64,000 nucleotides of DNA from an uncultured bacterium (GTDB taxonomy: Bacteria > Verrucomicrobiota > Kiritimatiellia > CAIKKV01 > CALHGX01). Both the position numbers and the translations under genes were made by a program. Numbering within the stretch: the stretch's first letter is position 1; the number at the start of each line of letters is the position of its first letter. Where the stretch lies: contig CALHGX010000024.1 in assembly GCA_938031185.1 (NCBI GenBank), forward strand, positions 13,187 through 77,186, read 5' to 3'. The notes beneath the pieces were generated by a model. That model did not search any database and was not told where the DNA came from. It worked only from the letters and a program-made list of their open reading frames with translations. Below are positions 18,032 through 27,182 of the stretch, one piece after another.

Positions 18032-20182
18032 CTATGGAGTGTCTTCTGAGGTCGGAGCGGGGCCGATTCTGACCGGCTGCCGGTGACGGTACATCTCCAG
18101 CCGTGCACGGATGTGATCAGAAGAGAACGAAGTTCGTTCCGCCGGCGCCAGGGCTTCCATGCCCTCCTTGCGCTCCGTCATGATCGCTCGGCCCGCCTCG
18201 GCATCTTCACTCTTCCGCGCTTCGTGTTCCTCCGCCAGGGCCAAGGCGCGCTGGGCGCAAAGCTCGGCCTCCTCGAATTGGCCCATTTCGGCATAAGCCG
18301 CCGCCAAAACATCCAACGCTCGTACGCTGCCATCGCCTGCGGCTTTGGATGCCGCTTCGGCCAATCGCACCGCTCGAGCGCCATCCCGCAAGCGCGAATC
18401 GGGGGCTGTCGCCAACAACCACGCCAACTCGCACAAGATGGCGGGGGCGTCCGGCAGAATGTCCACGGCACGTTCCAGGTGCAATTTCGCCGAAGCAGCA
18501 TCCCCCCGCTGAAGCAGAATGATTCCAACCATCGCATGGGCAGGTCCATGTTCTGGGTTGAGCGAAAGAATTCGTCTCCATTCTCTCAATGCTTCTTGCT
18601 GACGCCCTTGGGCATAGTATAGCCATGCCATATTGTGTCTCGTCTTGACATCATATGGTTCCAAACGCAGCCATGTTTGATATTCCCGAATCGCATCTTC
18701 ATGACGGCCGAGACCATGCCAGGCCAGGCCGAGGTTGTTTCGAGCATGGCCACAGTAAAAAAACGCTTTCGCCCTATGTCGATCCGAAAGCCATGCGACC
18801 AGCTCTTCACGGCTCATGCGTTCAAAAGGCGGCAGGCGTTTGAGCAGCATGCGAGCAACGACTGCCGCCTCGGAATAGCGGCGCTGCCCGAGCAAGCCGC
18901 TGGAGCAGCCAATGTAGGCGCGCGGGTTGTGCGGTTGTTTGGCCAGCACATCCGCCCACATGATGTCCGCCGAACGGTAGTCGCGATTTCGGCGGGCGGT
19001 CATGGCACCCAGCCCCGCTGTGGCCGTAAGGCATAGCGCCATACCGATGACGCCCGCCCTTCGCCCCGCCGTTTTCTCCAATGCGTAATGGACGGCCATC
19101 ACCGTTGCCGCCAGCACACAGGCCAGCGGCAAATACATCCGATGCTCAAACACCACATCCGGAATAGGCATGATGCTCGACGTGGGTGCCAAAATCACAA
19201 AAAACGCCGCGCCCAGGAACCCGTACGCACTGCGACGCCTCAGGGCAACCAAGCTGGATACCAAGAGCACCGCGATCAAGGCGCCGGATCCAGCCACGTC
19301 GCGCCAGGATTCAGCCGCCGGCCAGAAATAGTCGAGACACAGAGGATGCGGCACGTAAACCAAGCGCAGATAATGCCCAATAACCCCGAGTTGGGTTCGC
19401 GCATACACCAGCGGCGAATAAGATGTCACGGTCGCTTGGTATCCTGACCAATGCGTCCCAGCCGTAATCAGCACCAGCACCGCCATCACGCCCCACGTGA
19501 GGGCCAACGCCACGTGGACCAACCCCCTCTTCCGTAGAATTTCCCAAAAGGAATCACCGGAAAAAGTCCAATCGAGCAGCCACAGCACCACCGGCAGCGT
19601 CACCATGACTTCCTTGGTCCCCATCCCCACCATGGCGATGGCAATGGCGACATCAAACCAAAGACGCGGTCGGTCGCCTTTCAGCCCCCGCACGAAGGCG
19701 TACACCGCCGCCAGAAAGAAAAGCCCCATGAGAGACTCCTCGCGCTGCGCGATATACGTCACCGCTTGCGTCTGGAGGGGATGCGTCACCCATAGCAAGC
19801 CTATCGCCAACGCCAACCAGGGCGCCCGCGCGCGTTCCGCGTCGGATGCGGCGCGCACGAGCAGAAGGCGACGGGCAATCCCATAGAGAAAGAGCGCCGC
19901 CAGCGTATGAATCAGGATGTTGACGGCCCGATAATCGCTCACCGTCCATTTGCCGATGGCGTAGTTGATCGAGAAGGTGACGTAGGCCACCCACCGCGTG
20001 GCCGTCACGACGCAAGCCCAGGGGGGCCAGAGCCGATGGATTCGAGGATTGGCCGTAATGACCGTTGCATCGTCGAAAAGGAATTCTCCTTGAAAACTGT
20101 TGGCATAGGCCAGAACCGCCGCCGCGATCAGCAGCAAAGGAAACCATCGGGTCAGACGCTTCATCGCTTCTTCTCCGGTCAT
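18032..20182 (-). CDS. TMTC-like GT-C membrane glycosyltransferase with C-terminal TPR domain (paralog 1)
   Basis: ORF 18032..20191. Starts are possible at GTG 20191 (GTGA overlap), ATG 20182 (8 nt after gggagg) or ATG 20164. It has about 11-12 TM segments. The first-loop motif FQGEFLFDDATVITANPRI carries the acidic DD (20069..20074), as in TMTC/PMT-type GT-C enzymes. The C-terminal ~250 aa are TPR repeats. Confidence 0.7.
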   Translation of the reverse strand: MTGEEAMKRLTRWFPLLLIAAAVLAYANSFQGEFLFDDATVITANPRIHRLWPPWACVVTATRWVAYVTFSINYAIGKWTVSDYRAVNILIHTLAALFLYGIARRLLLVRAASDAERARAPWLALAIGLLWVTHPLQTQAVTYIAQREESLMGLFFLAAVYAFVRGLKGDRPRLWFDVAIAIAMVGMGTKEVMVTLPVVLWLLDWTFSGDSFWEILRKRGLVHVALALTWGVMAVLVLITAGTHWSGYQATVTSYSPLVYARTQLGVIGHYLRLVYVPHPLCLDYFWPAAESWRDVAGSGALIAVLLVSSLVALRRRSAYGFLGAAFFVILAPTSSIMPIPDVVFEHRMYLPLACVLAATVMAVHYALEKTAGRRAGVIGMALCLTATAGLGAMTARRNRDYRSADIMWADVLAKQPHNPRAYIGCSSGLLGQRRYSEAAVVARMLLKRLPPFERMSREELVAWLSDRHRAKAFFYCGHARNNLGLAWHGLGRHEDAIREYQTWLRLEPYDVKTRHNMAWLYYAQGRQQEALREWRRILSLNPEHGPAHAMVGIILLQRGDAASAKLHLERAVDILPDAPAILCELAWLLATAPDSRLRDGARAVRLAEAASKAAGDGSVRALDVLAAAYAEMGQFEEAELCAQRALALAEEHEARKSEDAEAGRAIMTERKEGMEALAPAERTSFSSDHIRARLEMYRHRQPVRIGPAPTSEDTP

Positions 20183-20187
20183 GAATC

Positions 20188-21837
20188 TCACCTCCCGCCC
20201 TCCACGCCGTCCTCGGCGGTCGCCAACATCCTCAACGCCCGCTGCAACTTGTTCGAGACGTTGACAGAATCCGGCTGCAGGCTCAAGGCCGCCAAGTAAT
20301 CCTGAATCCCGGCCGCCGGATCGCCCTTGCTCACGCGCAGCAACCCCCGATTCGCATACGCTCTAAACAAATTGGCCTCCGACGTGTTGCTGCGCAAGAC
20401 CTCAGGCGGCTGGCGGGAATGAAAAGACGATTCCCGAAGCTGCCTCTGCGCTCGGCGAATGACCTCCCTGTATTGTGCTTCCGCCTCCTCCACGCGCCCC
20501 TGCTCTGATAGCGCAATAGCCCACTCGTTCCGGGCCCGCAGATTGTCCGGTCGAACCTCAACCGTGACGCGCCACATGCGTTCTTCAGAAGAGTAATCCT
20601 GATTGCGCAGCCACGTTCGAACCGCCAAAGCGGCAATCAAGGAAGCCCAGAAGACGCCCAGTACCAGCCGCCGCACGCACGGCCCGCCCTTCAACCGTTG
20701 GACGACCGCCGCGCTGCCGACGACACTCAAGACCACCGGCCCGGCGAGGGGCAGGTACATCCGATGCTCAAAAGCCAGATCGGCCACCGGCAACACACTG
20801 GAGCTCGGCGCCAGCGCCACCCAGAACCACAGCGCGGGATAGCTCCACATCTTGCAGCGCCAACACAGCCAAGCCGTCCCGACCATCGCCGCCACCGTCA
20901 CCAATGCCCCCGCGTCCACTTCGCTCAAGCGCTGTGCCGGCGGCCACGCATAATCCAAACAAAGGACGTCCGGCCATACCGTCAAACGGAGGTAACGGGC
21001 CACCACCTCCAACTGCGTCACGGTGTACTGAAAAGATGTGACGCCGGCTTGCCAAAACGCGGCGCCCGCTGCGGCGTATTGCCGAATTCCGCCGCCCATG
21101 ACCCCAGATGGATCGGGCGTCAGAACGACCAGCGCCGCCAAGAAGAGCCAGGCGGAAGCCAAACCAACGTACAGCCCTTTTCTCCTTCCTAACGCCTCCC
21201 CAAAAGAGGAGGCAACAAACGCTCGATCGTGCAGCAGCACAAGCGGCAGAATGACGACGGCGGTTTCCTTGGTCATGGCGCCGGCCCACGCCGCCGCGGT
21301 TGCGAGCAACCACCACCGCCTGGGCCGAATCGCTCGATAACTGCGGATCACCGCATAGAGGGCCAGAAGCACGAGCAGCCCTGCGGCGGTCTCCGCGCGT
21401 TGCACAACGTAGGTCACGCTCTCCGTCTGGAGGGGATGAACGGCCCATGCGGCGGCTGCGAGACCGCCGAGTTGTTTACCGTCCTCGTCGCAAAACTCAA
21501 GGTGATCTCTAAGCGTTCGACGGACAATGCCAAAAAGTAGCAAGGCCGCGCCCGCATGAATCACAATATTCACAGCCCGATACCCTCCCGGATTCAGACC
21601 GCCCATCCGGTAATTTACCGCAAAGGACCATTGCACCAGCCCTCGTGTAAGCGGCTGAAAAACATCCCGCAACGGCCATAAGGACCGGATACGGATGTTT
21701 TCGACAATCGAGCCGTAATCGTCGAAGAGGAACACTCCGAAAAGGGCGTTGGAATAGGCCAACGCCACCGCCGCGAGCGTCAAGAGCCACGGTGCCGCGT
21801 CTCGAAGCCTCTTGCTCGATTTGGAGCCATCCCCCAC
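20188..21837 (-). CDS. TMTC-like GT-C membrane glycosyltransferase with C-terminal TPR domain (paralog 2)
   Basis: ORF 20188..21975. The ATG at 21975 would overlap the divergent GT2 gene, so GTG 21837 (aggga upstream) is preferred. The N-terminus aligns with paralog 1: KRLRDAAPWLLTLAAVALAYSNALFGVFLFDDYGSIVENIRI versus KRLTRWFPLLLIAAAVLAYANSFQGEFLFDDATVITANPRI. The TPR tail is shorter. Confidence 0.65.
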   Translation of the reverse strand: MGDGSKSSKRLRDAAPWLLTLAAVALAYSNALFGVFLFDDYGSIVENIRIRSLWPLRDVFQPLTRGLVQWSFAVNYRMGGLNPGGYRAVNIVIHAGAALLLFGIVRRTLRDHLEFCDEDGKQLGGLAAAAWAVHPLQTESVTYVVQRAETAAGLLVLLALYAVIRSYRAIRPRRWWLLATAAAWAGAMTKETAVVILPLVLLHDRAFVASSFGEALGRRKGLYVGLASAWLFLAALVVLTPDPSGVMGGGIRQYAAAGAAFWQAGVTSFQYTVTQLEVVARYLRLTVWPDVLCLDYAWPPAQRLSEVDAGALVTVAAMVGTAWLCWRCKMWSYPALWFWVALAPSSSVLPVADLAFEHRMYLPLAGPVVLSVVGSAAVVQRLKGGPCVRRLVLGVFWASLIAALAVRTWLRNQDYSSEERMWRVTVEVRPDNLRARNEWAIALSEQGRVEEAEAQYREVIRRAQRQLRESSFHSRQPPEVLRSNTSEANLFRAYANRGLLRVSKGDPAAGIQDYLAALSLQPDSVNVSNKLQRALRMLATAEDGVEGGR

Positions 21838-21953
21838 CGAGCAACGATCCCTGAAACCGGACTTATTTTTTGCTCTGTTCTCCACTCTTTTGGAATGATA
21901 AGAAGAACCACGGAGGATGTAAAACCACTTCCCTACGAAGGGAGGCGTGCCAT

Positions 21954-22721
21954 ATGATCGGCAACCAATCCGCACCCCGCGTCTTGGTGATTGTGCCGGC
22001 GCACAACGAGGCCCCTCGTATTGCAGCCGTCGTGTGCGGCGTGCGGATGGCGCTGCCGGCTGCCGACATCGCCGTCATCAACGACGCCTCCACCGACGAA
22101 ACCGCCGCCCAGGCTCGTGAGGTCGGCGCATTGGTCTTGCCACATCCGGTCAACCTTGGCTATGGGGCCGCCCTCGAAACAGGCTACCTGCACGCCTTGG
22201 AGTCCGGATACAATTACGTGCTCCAGATGGACGGCGATGGGCAGCACCTGGCAGAGGAACTCCCAAAGTTGTTGGCGCCACTGGCCGCCGGCGAGGCGGA
22301 CCTGGTGATCGGATCCCGCTACCTGGCTGGCGGCCAATATCGGGCGCCGCTCCCGCGACGCATGGGACAGCTGTTCTTTCGCGCACTGGTCTGGCTCCTG
22401 ACGCGTCGGCGGCTGACCGACCCAACCTCCGGCTTCCAAGGCTTGAACCGCGACGCTCTGCGCTTCATGGTCAGCGGCATTTTTCCGCCGGATTACCCGG
22501 ACGCGGACGTCTTGACCATGACGGCCAAGGCCGGATTGCGCCTCATGGAAGTCCCCGTTCGAATGGCCACCCGCGAGGGGGGCGTGTCCATGCACTCCGG
22601 GTTGAAGCCGCTCTATTACATGATGAAGATGCTGTTGGCTTTGTTTGTTGTCTGGCTCAGCCGCGCCCGCTGGGCGCAGTGGCGCAGCGAACACCCGAGG
22701 GCCGTTCAGGGGGGACCATGA
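21954..22721 (+). CDS. family 2 glycosyltransferase, polyprenyl-phosphate sugar synthase-like (Dpm1/GtrB/ArnC type)
   Basis: ORF 21870..22721. The ATG at 21954 lies 8 nt after gggagg. Motifs: VLVIVPAHNEAPRI, NDASTDET, and MDGDGQH as the DxD-type motif. Confidence 0.85.
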   Translation: MIGNQSAPRVLVIVPAHNEAPRIAAVVCGVRMALPAADIAVINDASTDETAAQAREVGALVLPHPVNLGYGAALETGYLHALESGYNYVLQMDGDGQHLAEELPKLLAPLAAGEADLVIGSRYLAGGQYRAPLPRRMGQLFFRALVWLLTRRRLTDPTSGFQGLNRDALRFMVSGIFPPDYPDADVLTMTAKAGLRLMEVPVRMATREGGVSMHSGLKPLYYMMKMLLALFVVWLSRARWAQWRSEHPRAVQGGP

Positions 22722-22722
22722 T

Positions 22723-23178
22723 ATGTTCCTACTTCCACGCCAGCTCTACGCTTCCATCCTGATCGGGTTGTCCATTCTGGCGCTGATCATCCGGCTGGTG
22801 CAGAAGGGCCGGCTGGACATCGCCTATTGCTGGCTATGGCTGGGCATCGGGTTCGGCATGGTGCTGGCTGTGGCTCGATACGACTGGCTGCTGCGGCTGT
22901 CGGACTTGATCGGCTCGCGCACCCCCACGACCACGGTTTTCCTGCTGGGCTTTGTCGTCGTGCTCCTGCTCTGCCTGCAATACTCGCTGGTCATTTCCGC
23001 CCACCGGCGACAAATACGCCGTCTGGCCCAGCGCATTGCCATGCTGCAAGCAGAGGGCCAACAGCGTCGCGTCGAGCCCACACCAAGCCGGTTACGGCCA
23101 TCCGCTATGACGGATTCGCCGGCGAGGCCCGCCAATTCGGAAGGTTCCGAAGCGTCTCCAGGAACCGGCCCGCGTTAA
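22723..23178 (+). CDS. small membrane protein, DUF2304-like (GT2-associated)
   Basis: ORF 22645..23178. The ATG at 22723 lies 1 nt after the GT2 stop. It has three or four hydrophobic helices followed by a basic RRQIRRLAQRIAMLQ helix. This small-membrane-partner arrangement is typical next to GT2 genes. The 3' end overlaps the convergent GT4 gene by 74 nt. Confidence 0.55.
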   Translation: MFLLPRQLYASILIGLSILALIIRLVQKGRLDIAYCWLWLGIGFGMVLAVARYDWLLRLSDLIGSRTPTTTVFLLGFVVVLLLCLQYSLVISAHRRQIRRLAQRIAMLQAEGQQRRVEPTPSRLRPSAMTDSPARPANSEGSEASPGTGPR

Positions 23179-24364
23179 TTTCCAAAGCGCAGTGCCGCGC
23201 ATACCAGGCGGCATTCCGCCTGCGCGCCTCGGCCAGACGCCCGGGATCGGCCTGCAACTCACGGATATACGAGACCAGCCCTTCCACATCGCCGGGCCTG
23301 ATCTCCCGTCCCTCGACATCGTCCCTCACGATGCGGGACAAGTCGCTCTCCGAAGCCTGCACCAGCGCCACCGGCGTGCCGACTTTGAGATACCCATAAA
23401 TCTTCCCGGGCGCGATGATTCCTTCCATGCCGGGCTCGAGCGCCACAAAGCCCAGGCTCGCGGCCGACAGCGACTCGGAGAATCGGTCCGGCGGCACATA
23501 ATCGAGCACCCGTGCGTTGCTCAGTCGCTCCCGGCCAATGCGTTCCTCCAAGGCCCGCCGTTTGGGGCCGTGCCCGGCCAGAATAAACAACACGCGCGGA
23601 TCGGTTTTCGCAAGAACCGACGCGGCATCCAGCAGGGTGTCGAACGTGTGAACCAATCCCATGTTGCCCGAATAGTGCACAACAAATCGGCCCGCCAAAC
23701 ATTGCTCCGCAAGAAAACGGTTGCCGGACTCCGGCACGTAATGAATTTCTTCCGGCACCCAGTTATGCACTTCAACCAACTTGTCCCGCGAAACCCCCGT
23801 GGCCTCTATGCGGCGAGACATGCACGGCCCCAGCGTGAAGATTTTCGTGCACTCCCGATAGCCGGCGCGCGCCAGCATACTCGCGGTGCGGTGCGCAAAA
23901 CCGCCCCTCCGAATCAGACCGGTTTCGACAAGCACCTCCGGATAGAGGTCCATGGCCCAAAGCAGCAGCGGCACATGGCGCATGCGGGCCGCCCACCCGA
24001 GAAGAACATAGAGCAACGGCGGGGAAGTGATGCAGAGGACGGCGCGGGGACGCATCCTGGCCGCCAGGGCCAGTGCCTTGGCCCCAAACGACACCGCGTG
24101 GCCCAGATAGCTTGACGGAGTCACGCGGCGCGCGGCGGGGGCCTTCACGCGGCGCACCGTCACGCCATGATGCGTGTCGCGCGGCGGCAGGCGCATATCC
24201 GCGGCTGAATACATCCGGTCAGATGTCACCACCGCCACGCGCAAGCCTTTTGCCGCGAGATACGGAAGAAGGCTGTTGAAAGATTGACAGTGCCCGGTGG
24301 TCTCCGGGTGATAGTACGGCAAAACAACCAACACGTCGCAACCGGATCCCATGCGTCGCATCAT
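23105..24364 (-). CDS. GT-B fold family 4 glycosyltransferase (WcaI/WbuB-like)
   Basis: ORF 23105..24541. The start is probably at the ATG cluster 24352..24364 (MMRRMGSGCDVLVVLPYYHPETTG). The N-terminal PYYxPExxG motif and the C-terminal EPGMEGIIAPGKIYGYL region are GT4-like. Confidence 0.8.
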   Translation of the reverse strand: MMRRMGSGCDVLVVLPYYHPETTGHCQSFNSLLPYLAAKGLRVAVVTSDRMYSAADMRLPPRDTHHGVTVRRVKAPAARRVTPSSYLGHAVSFGAKALALAARMRPRAVLCITSPPLLYVLLGWAARMRHVPLLLWAMDLYPEVLVETGLIRRGGFAHRTASMLARAGYRECTKIFTLGPCMSRRIEATGVSRDKLVEVHNWVPEEIHYVPESGNRFLAEQCLAGRFVVHYSGNMGLVHTFDTLLDAASVLAKTDPRVLFILAGHGPKRRALEERIGRERLSNARVLDYVPPDRFSESLSAASLGFVALEPGMEGIIAPGKIYGYLKVGTPVALVQASESDLSRIVRDDVEGREIRPGDVEGLVSYIRELQADPGRLAEARRRNAAWYARHCALEINAGRFLETLRNLPNWRASPANPS

Positions 24365-24539
24365 AGGAATCGCAGCCCCCCCTCTCAACAGCAAAACCAA
24401 GGCGACGCTGCAGCCGGCATCGCGACGCCAGCGGGCCGGAAGTCGGTCTTGGCTTCGATCGGCACACCCGTGCATAATGACGGGAGGGGCGTCGTAAGAT
24501 CGCCCGTCAACAGGCCCGCCATACGGGTTGCGACAGCGC

Positions 24540-25979
24540 ATGAAAACAAAATTGGCCCTGGTTTCCGCCCCCGTCAGCCTGGAGGAACGCTACGGCGCCC
24601 TGGCGGGTGCCGCCAGCACCGAACCGTCTTTTGCGTTGGTCATGCTGGCCGCTGTGGCTTTGCGGGAAGACGCCGAGGTCCGCATCATCGAGGCGTCCGC
24701 CCGGAATCTCACGGTTGAGGAAACCGTGGATGAGATTCGATCTTTCGCCCCGGATATCGTGGGACTCACTGCCACAACCGTCGGCATTCGCGCGGCCGGC
24801 GAAGTGGCAGCCTGGATCAAAGCCGTCAACCCGAACACCCTGATTCTGGTAGGCGGCTGTCACATCAGCGCGTTGCCCATCGAAACCATGTCCGCCTTCC
24901 CCGCGTTCGATCTGGGCGTCTTGGGCGAGGGCGAACTGACCTTGACCGAGATCCTTCGCCACCATCGGCATGATCCGGTCCAACCTGTGGGGCTCGCGGG
25001 CACGGTCGAAAGGACCACCGATGAGATTCGCGTCAACCCGCCTCGCCCGCTGATCGGCAATCTCGATGAGCTACCGCTGCCCGCTTGGCATCTGCTGCCC
25101 GGCTTTCCAAAGTCCTTTCGTCCGTCGCCAGCCCGGATCAAGCGTTGGCCGTGCGCCTCGGTGGTACTGACGCGAGGGTGCCCGAACCGCTGCACGTTCT
25201 GCGACCGTTCCGTCTTCGGAAACCGCTGCCGGGGCTACAGCCCCTCTTATGCCGTGGAATTGCTAAAGGACCTGCGCACACGCTATGGCGTGCGGGAGGT
25301 GTTGATCGAGGACGATACGTTTGTCATCCGCCGCGACACGATGCAGGAGTTCTGCGAGCGGCTGATTTCCGAACGTGTGGACGTGACCTGGTCCTGTCTC
25401 GGGCGGGCCGATCGCGTCACGCCCGAATTGCTCCGCCTCATGAAGAAGGCCGGCTGCTGGCACGTGTCTTTCGGCGTCGAGAGCGGGGATCCTGAGATTC
25501 TGCGGTCCGTCAACAAGCGGCTGGATGTGGAGGAAATCCGGGAGGCGGTATCCTGGTGCAGGGACGCGGGGCTGATGACCAAGGGCTTTTTCATGATCGG
25601 GTTTCCGGGCGAAACGCGAGATTCCATCGAGGCGACCCGCCAATTGGCCTGCGCCCTGCCGCTGGACGACATCAGCGTCATGCAATTGACGCCCTTCCCC
25701 GGCAGCGACCTTTACAAGACCGCCCGCCAATTCGGAACCTTCGAAGAAGACTGGAGTCGGATGAACGCCCTGAACACCGTCTTCATCCCCAAGGGGTTCA
25801 CGCGGGAAGAACTGGACGAGGCGCGCGCCCGCATGCTCCGCTCGTTCTACCTGCGCCCTCGTGTGCTGGCTCGATATGCTTGGCGGCTGTTGCTCCGCCC
25901 CCGGCTTGGCTTGAGACTCCTGCCGGCTTTTTCCGCCTTCCTCCGCAGCGCATTTCCGACGCGTTCCCGCCTCTCCTGA
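24540..25979 (+). CDS. B12-binding domain radical SAM enzyme (class B)
   Basis: ORF 24528..25979. Start at ATG 24540 (MKTKLALVSAP). The N-terminus is Rossmann-like and cobalamin-binding-like (IVGLTATTVGIRAA...LVGGCHISALP). The radical SAM cluster motif CPNRCTFC is present. Confidence 0.85.
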   Translation: MKTKLALVSAPVSLEERYGALAGAASTEPSFALVMLAAVALREDAEVRIIEASARNLTVEETVDEIRSFAPDIVGLTATTVGIRAAGEVAAWIKAVNPNTLILVGGCHISALPIETMSAFPAFDLGVLGEGELTLTEILRHHRHDPVQPVGLAGTVERTTDEIRVNPPRPLIGNLDELPLPAWHLLPGFPKSFRPSPARIKRWPCASVVLTRGCPNRCTFCDRSVFGNRCRGYSPSYAVELLKDLRTRYGVREVLIEDDTFVIRRDTMQEFCERLISERVDVTWSCLGRADRVTPELLRLMKKAGCWHVSFGVESGDPEILRSVNKRLDVEEIREAVSWCRDAGLMTKGFFMIGFPGETRDSIEATRQLACALPLDDISVMQLTPFPGSDLYKTARQFGTFEEDWSRMNALNTVFIPKGFTREELDEARARMLRSFYLRPRVLARYAWRLLLRPRLGLRLLPAFSAFLRSAFPTRSRLS

Positions 25980-26033
25980 ACTGCGCCAGAACACACTCGT
26001 ATATTCCCCGTCAGCGGCCGCACTCGTCCGGAA

Positions 26034-27182
26034 TCAGATCATCAGGATGCGGGACTGATTTTCGTCCGCCTGTTCGTCGCCTCTGGGATAAGCTTGCGTG
26101 CGGTACTCCGTCATCTCGTTCAGCTTGTGAAGCATGCACCGCAACGATTCCGCCGATTCGAGACAGGCGTCGAGCAATTCCCGTGTGACGGACGGATCCT
26201 TGCCGTGGCTGCGCTGCAGCATCTCGAGGCTGACCAGAATCACGGTCGCCGGCTGCCCGAGGTGGTGGCATGCGGCGCCGAGACTTTCCACCATCACCCG
26301 CTGCCGCTCCGCCTGCAGCTCGGCCTCCTCCGCGCGAATCCGGTCGCGGATATCCACGAACGACAGCACCATCCCCGCCACCGCGTCGTCCGCGTCTCGG
26401 TTGCAGTCGGCCGACACCTGCGCCTTGACTTCGACTCCGTCGGGCCGCCGCAAGGTCATCAGCCCGCTCCAGGATTGGCCCGCCGTCACGGCAAGGAACA
26501 TTTCTTCCGCCCGCTCCGATTCCATGAAAAGGGATCGTACATCCTTACCCAACATGGATCGCTCATCTTCCACGGCCCACAGCCGGCCGGCCGCCGGATT
26601 GGCAAACGTAATGCAGCCTTGCAGGTCGGTAATGGCAATCCCCGTGCCGGCGTTGCGAATGGCCAGATGCACAGCCCGCAGCATTTCCTCCGCCTGCCGA
26701 CGCAGCGTGATGTCACGCACAAAGAAGCAAAACATGGCCGTGGCATTGATCTGCAAACGGTTGACGGCGATCTCCGCAGGAAAGAAGCTTCCGTCCCGAC
26801 GCCGACAGTGCGCCTGAATCAAAATGAACCGGTCATGCTCCAGGTTCTCATTCAGCGTACGGATGGTCTCTTCGTCGGCGCCGGATATCACGTCTGGAAC
26901 GCCCAACTGCCGCAGCGTCTCCCGATCATACTGAAAGAACTCCGTGGCGCGTATGTTCCCATCCAGGATCCGGCCGCGCAGGTCTGTGACTATCGCGCCG
27001 TCATACACGCTCTGAAAGAGCTGCTGGAAACTCGATTCGCCGATCGGACCGTGTGCGCGAGATGCATCGGCATTCTTTCCCTCGCCACCGACCGCAGGAG
27101 CCGCGTGTCCGCTGTCCGTCTTTCTCAGATTCGGGGGGATGTCAATCCGCATTGTCTGCGACAGTCTGTCTCGCGCAGTCAT
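26034..27182 (-). CDS. tandem-PAS sensor protein ending in a DHp (HisKA-like) helix pair, with no ATPase domain
   Basis: ORF 26034..27272. Start at ATG 27182. There are two PAS-like modules (FQQLFQSVYDGAIVTDLRGRILDGN..., LAIRNAGTGIAITDLQGCITFANP...). The H-box-like LGAACHHLGQPATVILVSLEML lies at about 26240..26290. Only about 70 aa follow it, and no N/G1/G2 boxes are present. Confidence 0.7.
   Translation of the reverse strand: MTARDRLSQTMRIDIPPNLRKTDSGHAAPAVGGEGKNADASRAHGPIGESSFQQLFQSVYDGAIVTDLRGRILDGNIRATEFFQYDRETLRQLGVPDVISGADEETIRTLNENLEHDRFILIQAHCRRRDGSFFPAEIAVNRLQINATAMFCFFVRDITLRRQAEEMLRAVHLAIRNAGTGIAITDLQGCITFANPAAGRLWAVEDERSMLGKDVRSLFMESERAEEMFLAVTAGQSWSGLMTLRRPDGVEVKAQVSADCNRDADDAVAGMVLSFVDIRDRIRAEEAELQAERQRVMVESLGAACHHLGQPATVILVSLEMLQRSHGKDPSVTRELLDACLESAESLRCMLHKLNEMTEYRTQAYPRGDEQADENQSRILMI

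Noticed and set aside
21838-21975. ATG at 21975 as the start of the second TMTC-like gene.
   Set aside because: It would overlap the divergent GT2 gene start (21954) and add about 46 residues absent from the paralog. The GTG at 21837 aligns with the paralog N-terminus.
23105-23178. 74-nt convergent overlap between the DUF2304-like gene and the GT4 gene, considered as a possible sign of a frameshift or pseudogene.
   Set aside because: Both ORFs are intact, and the overlapping parts are low-complexity tails. The overlap is noted but there is no evidence of gene decay.
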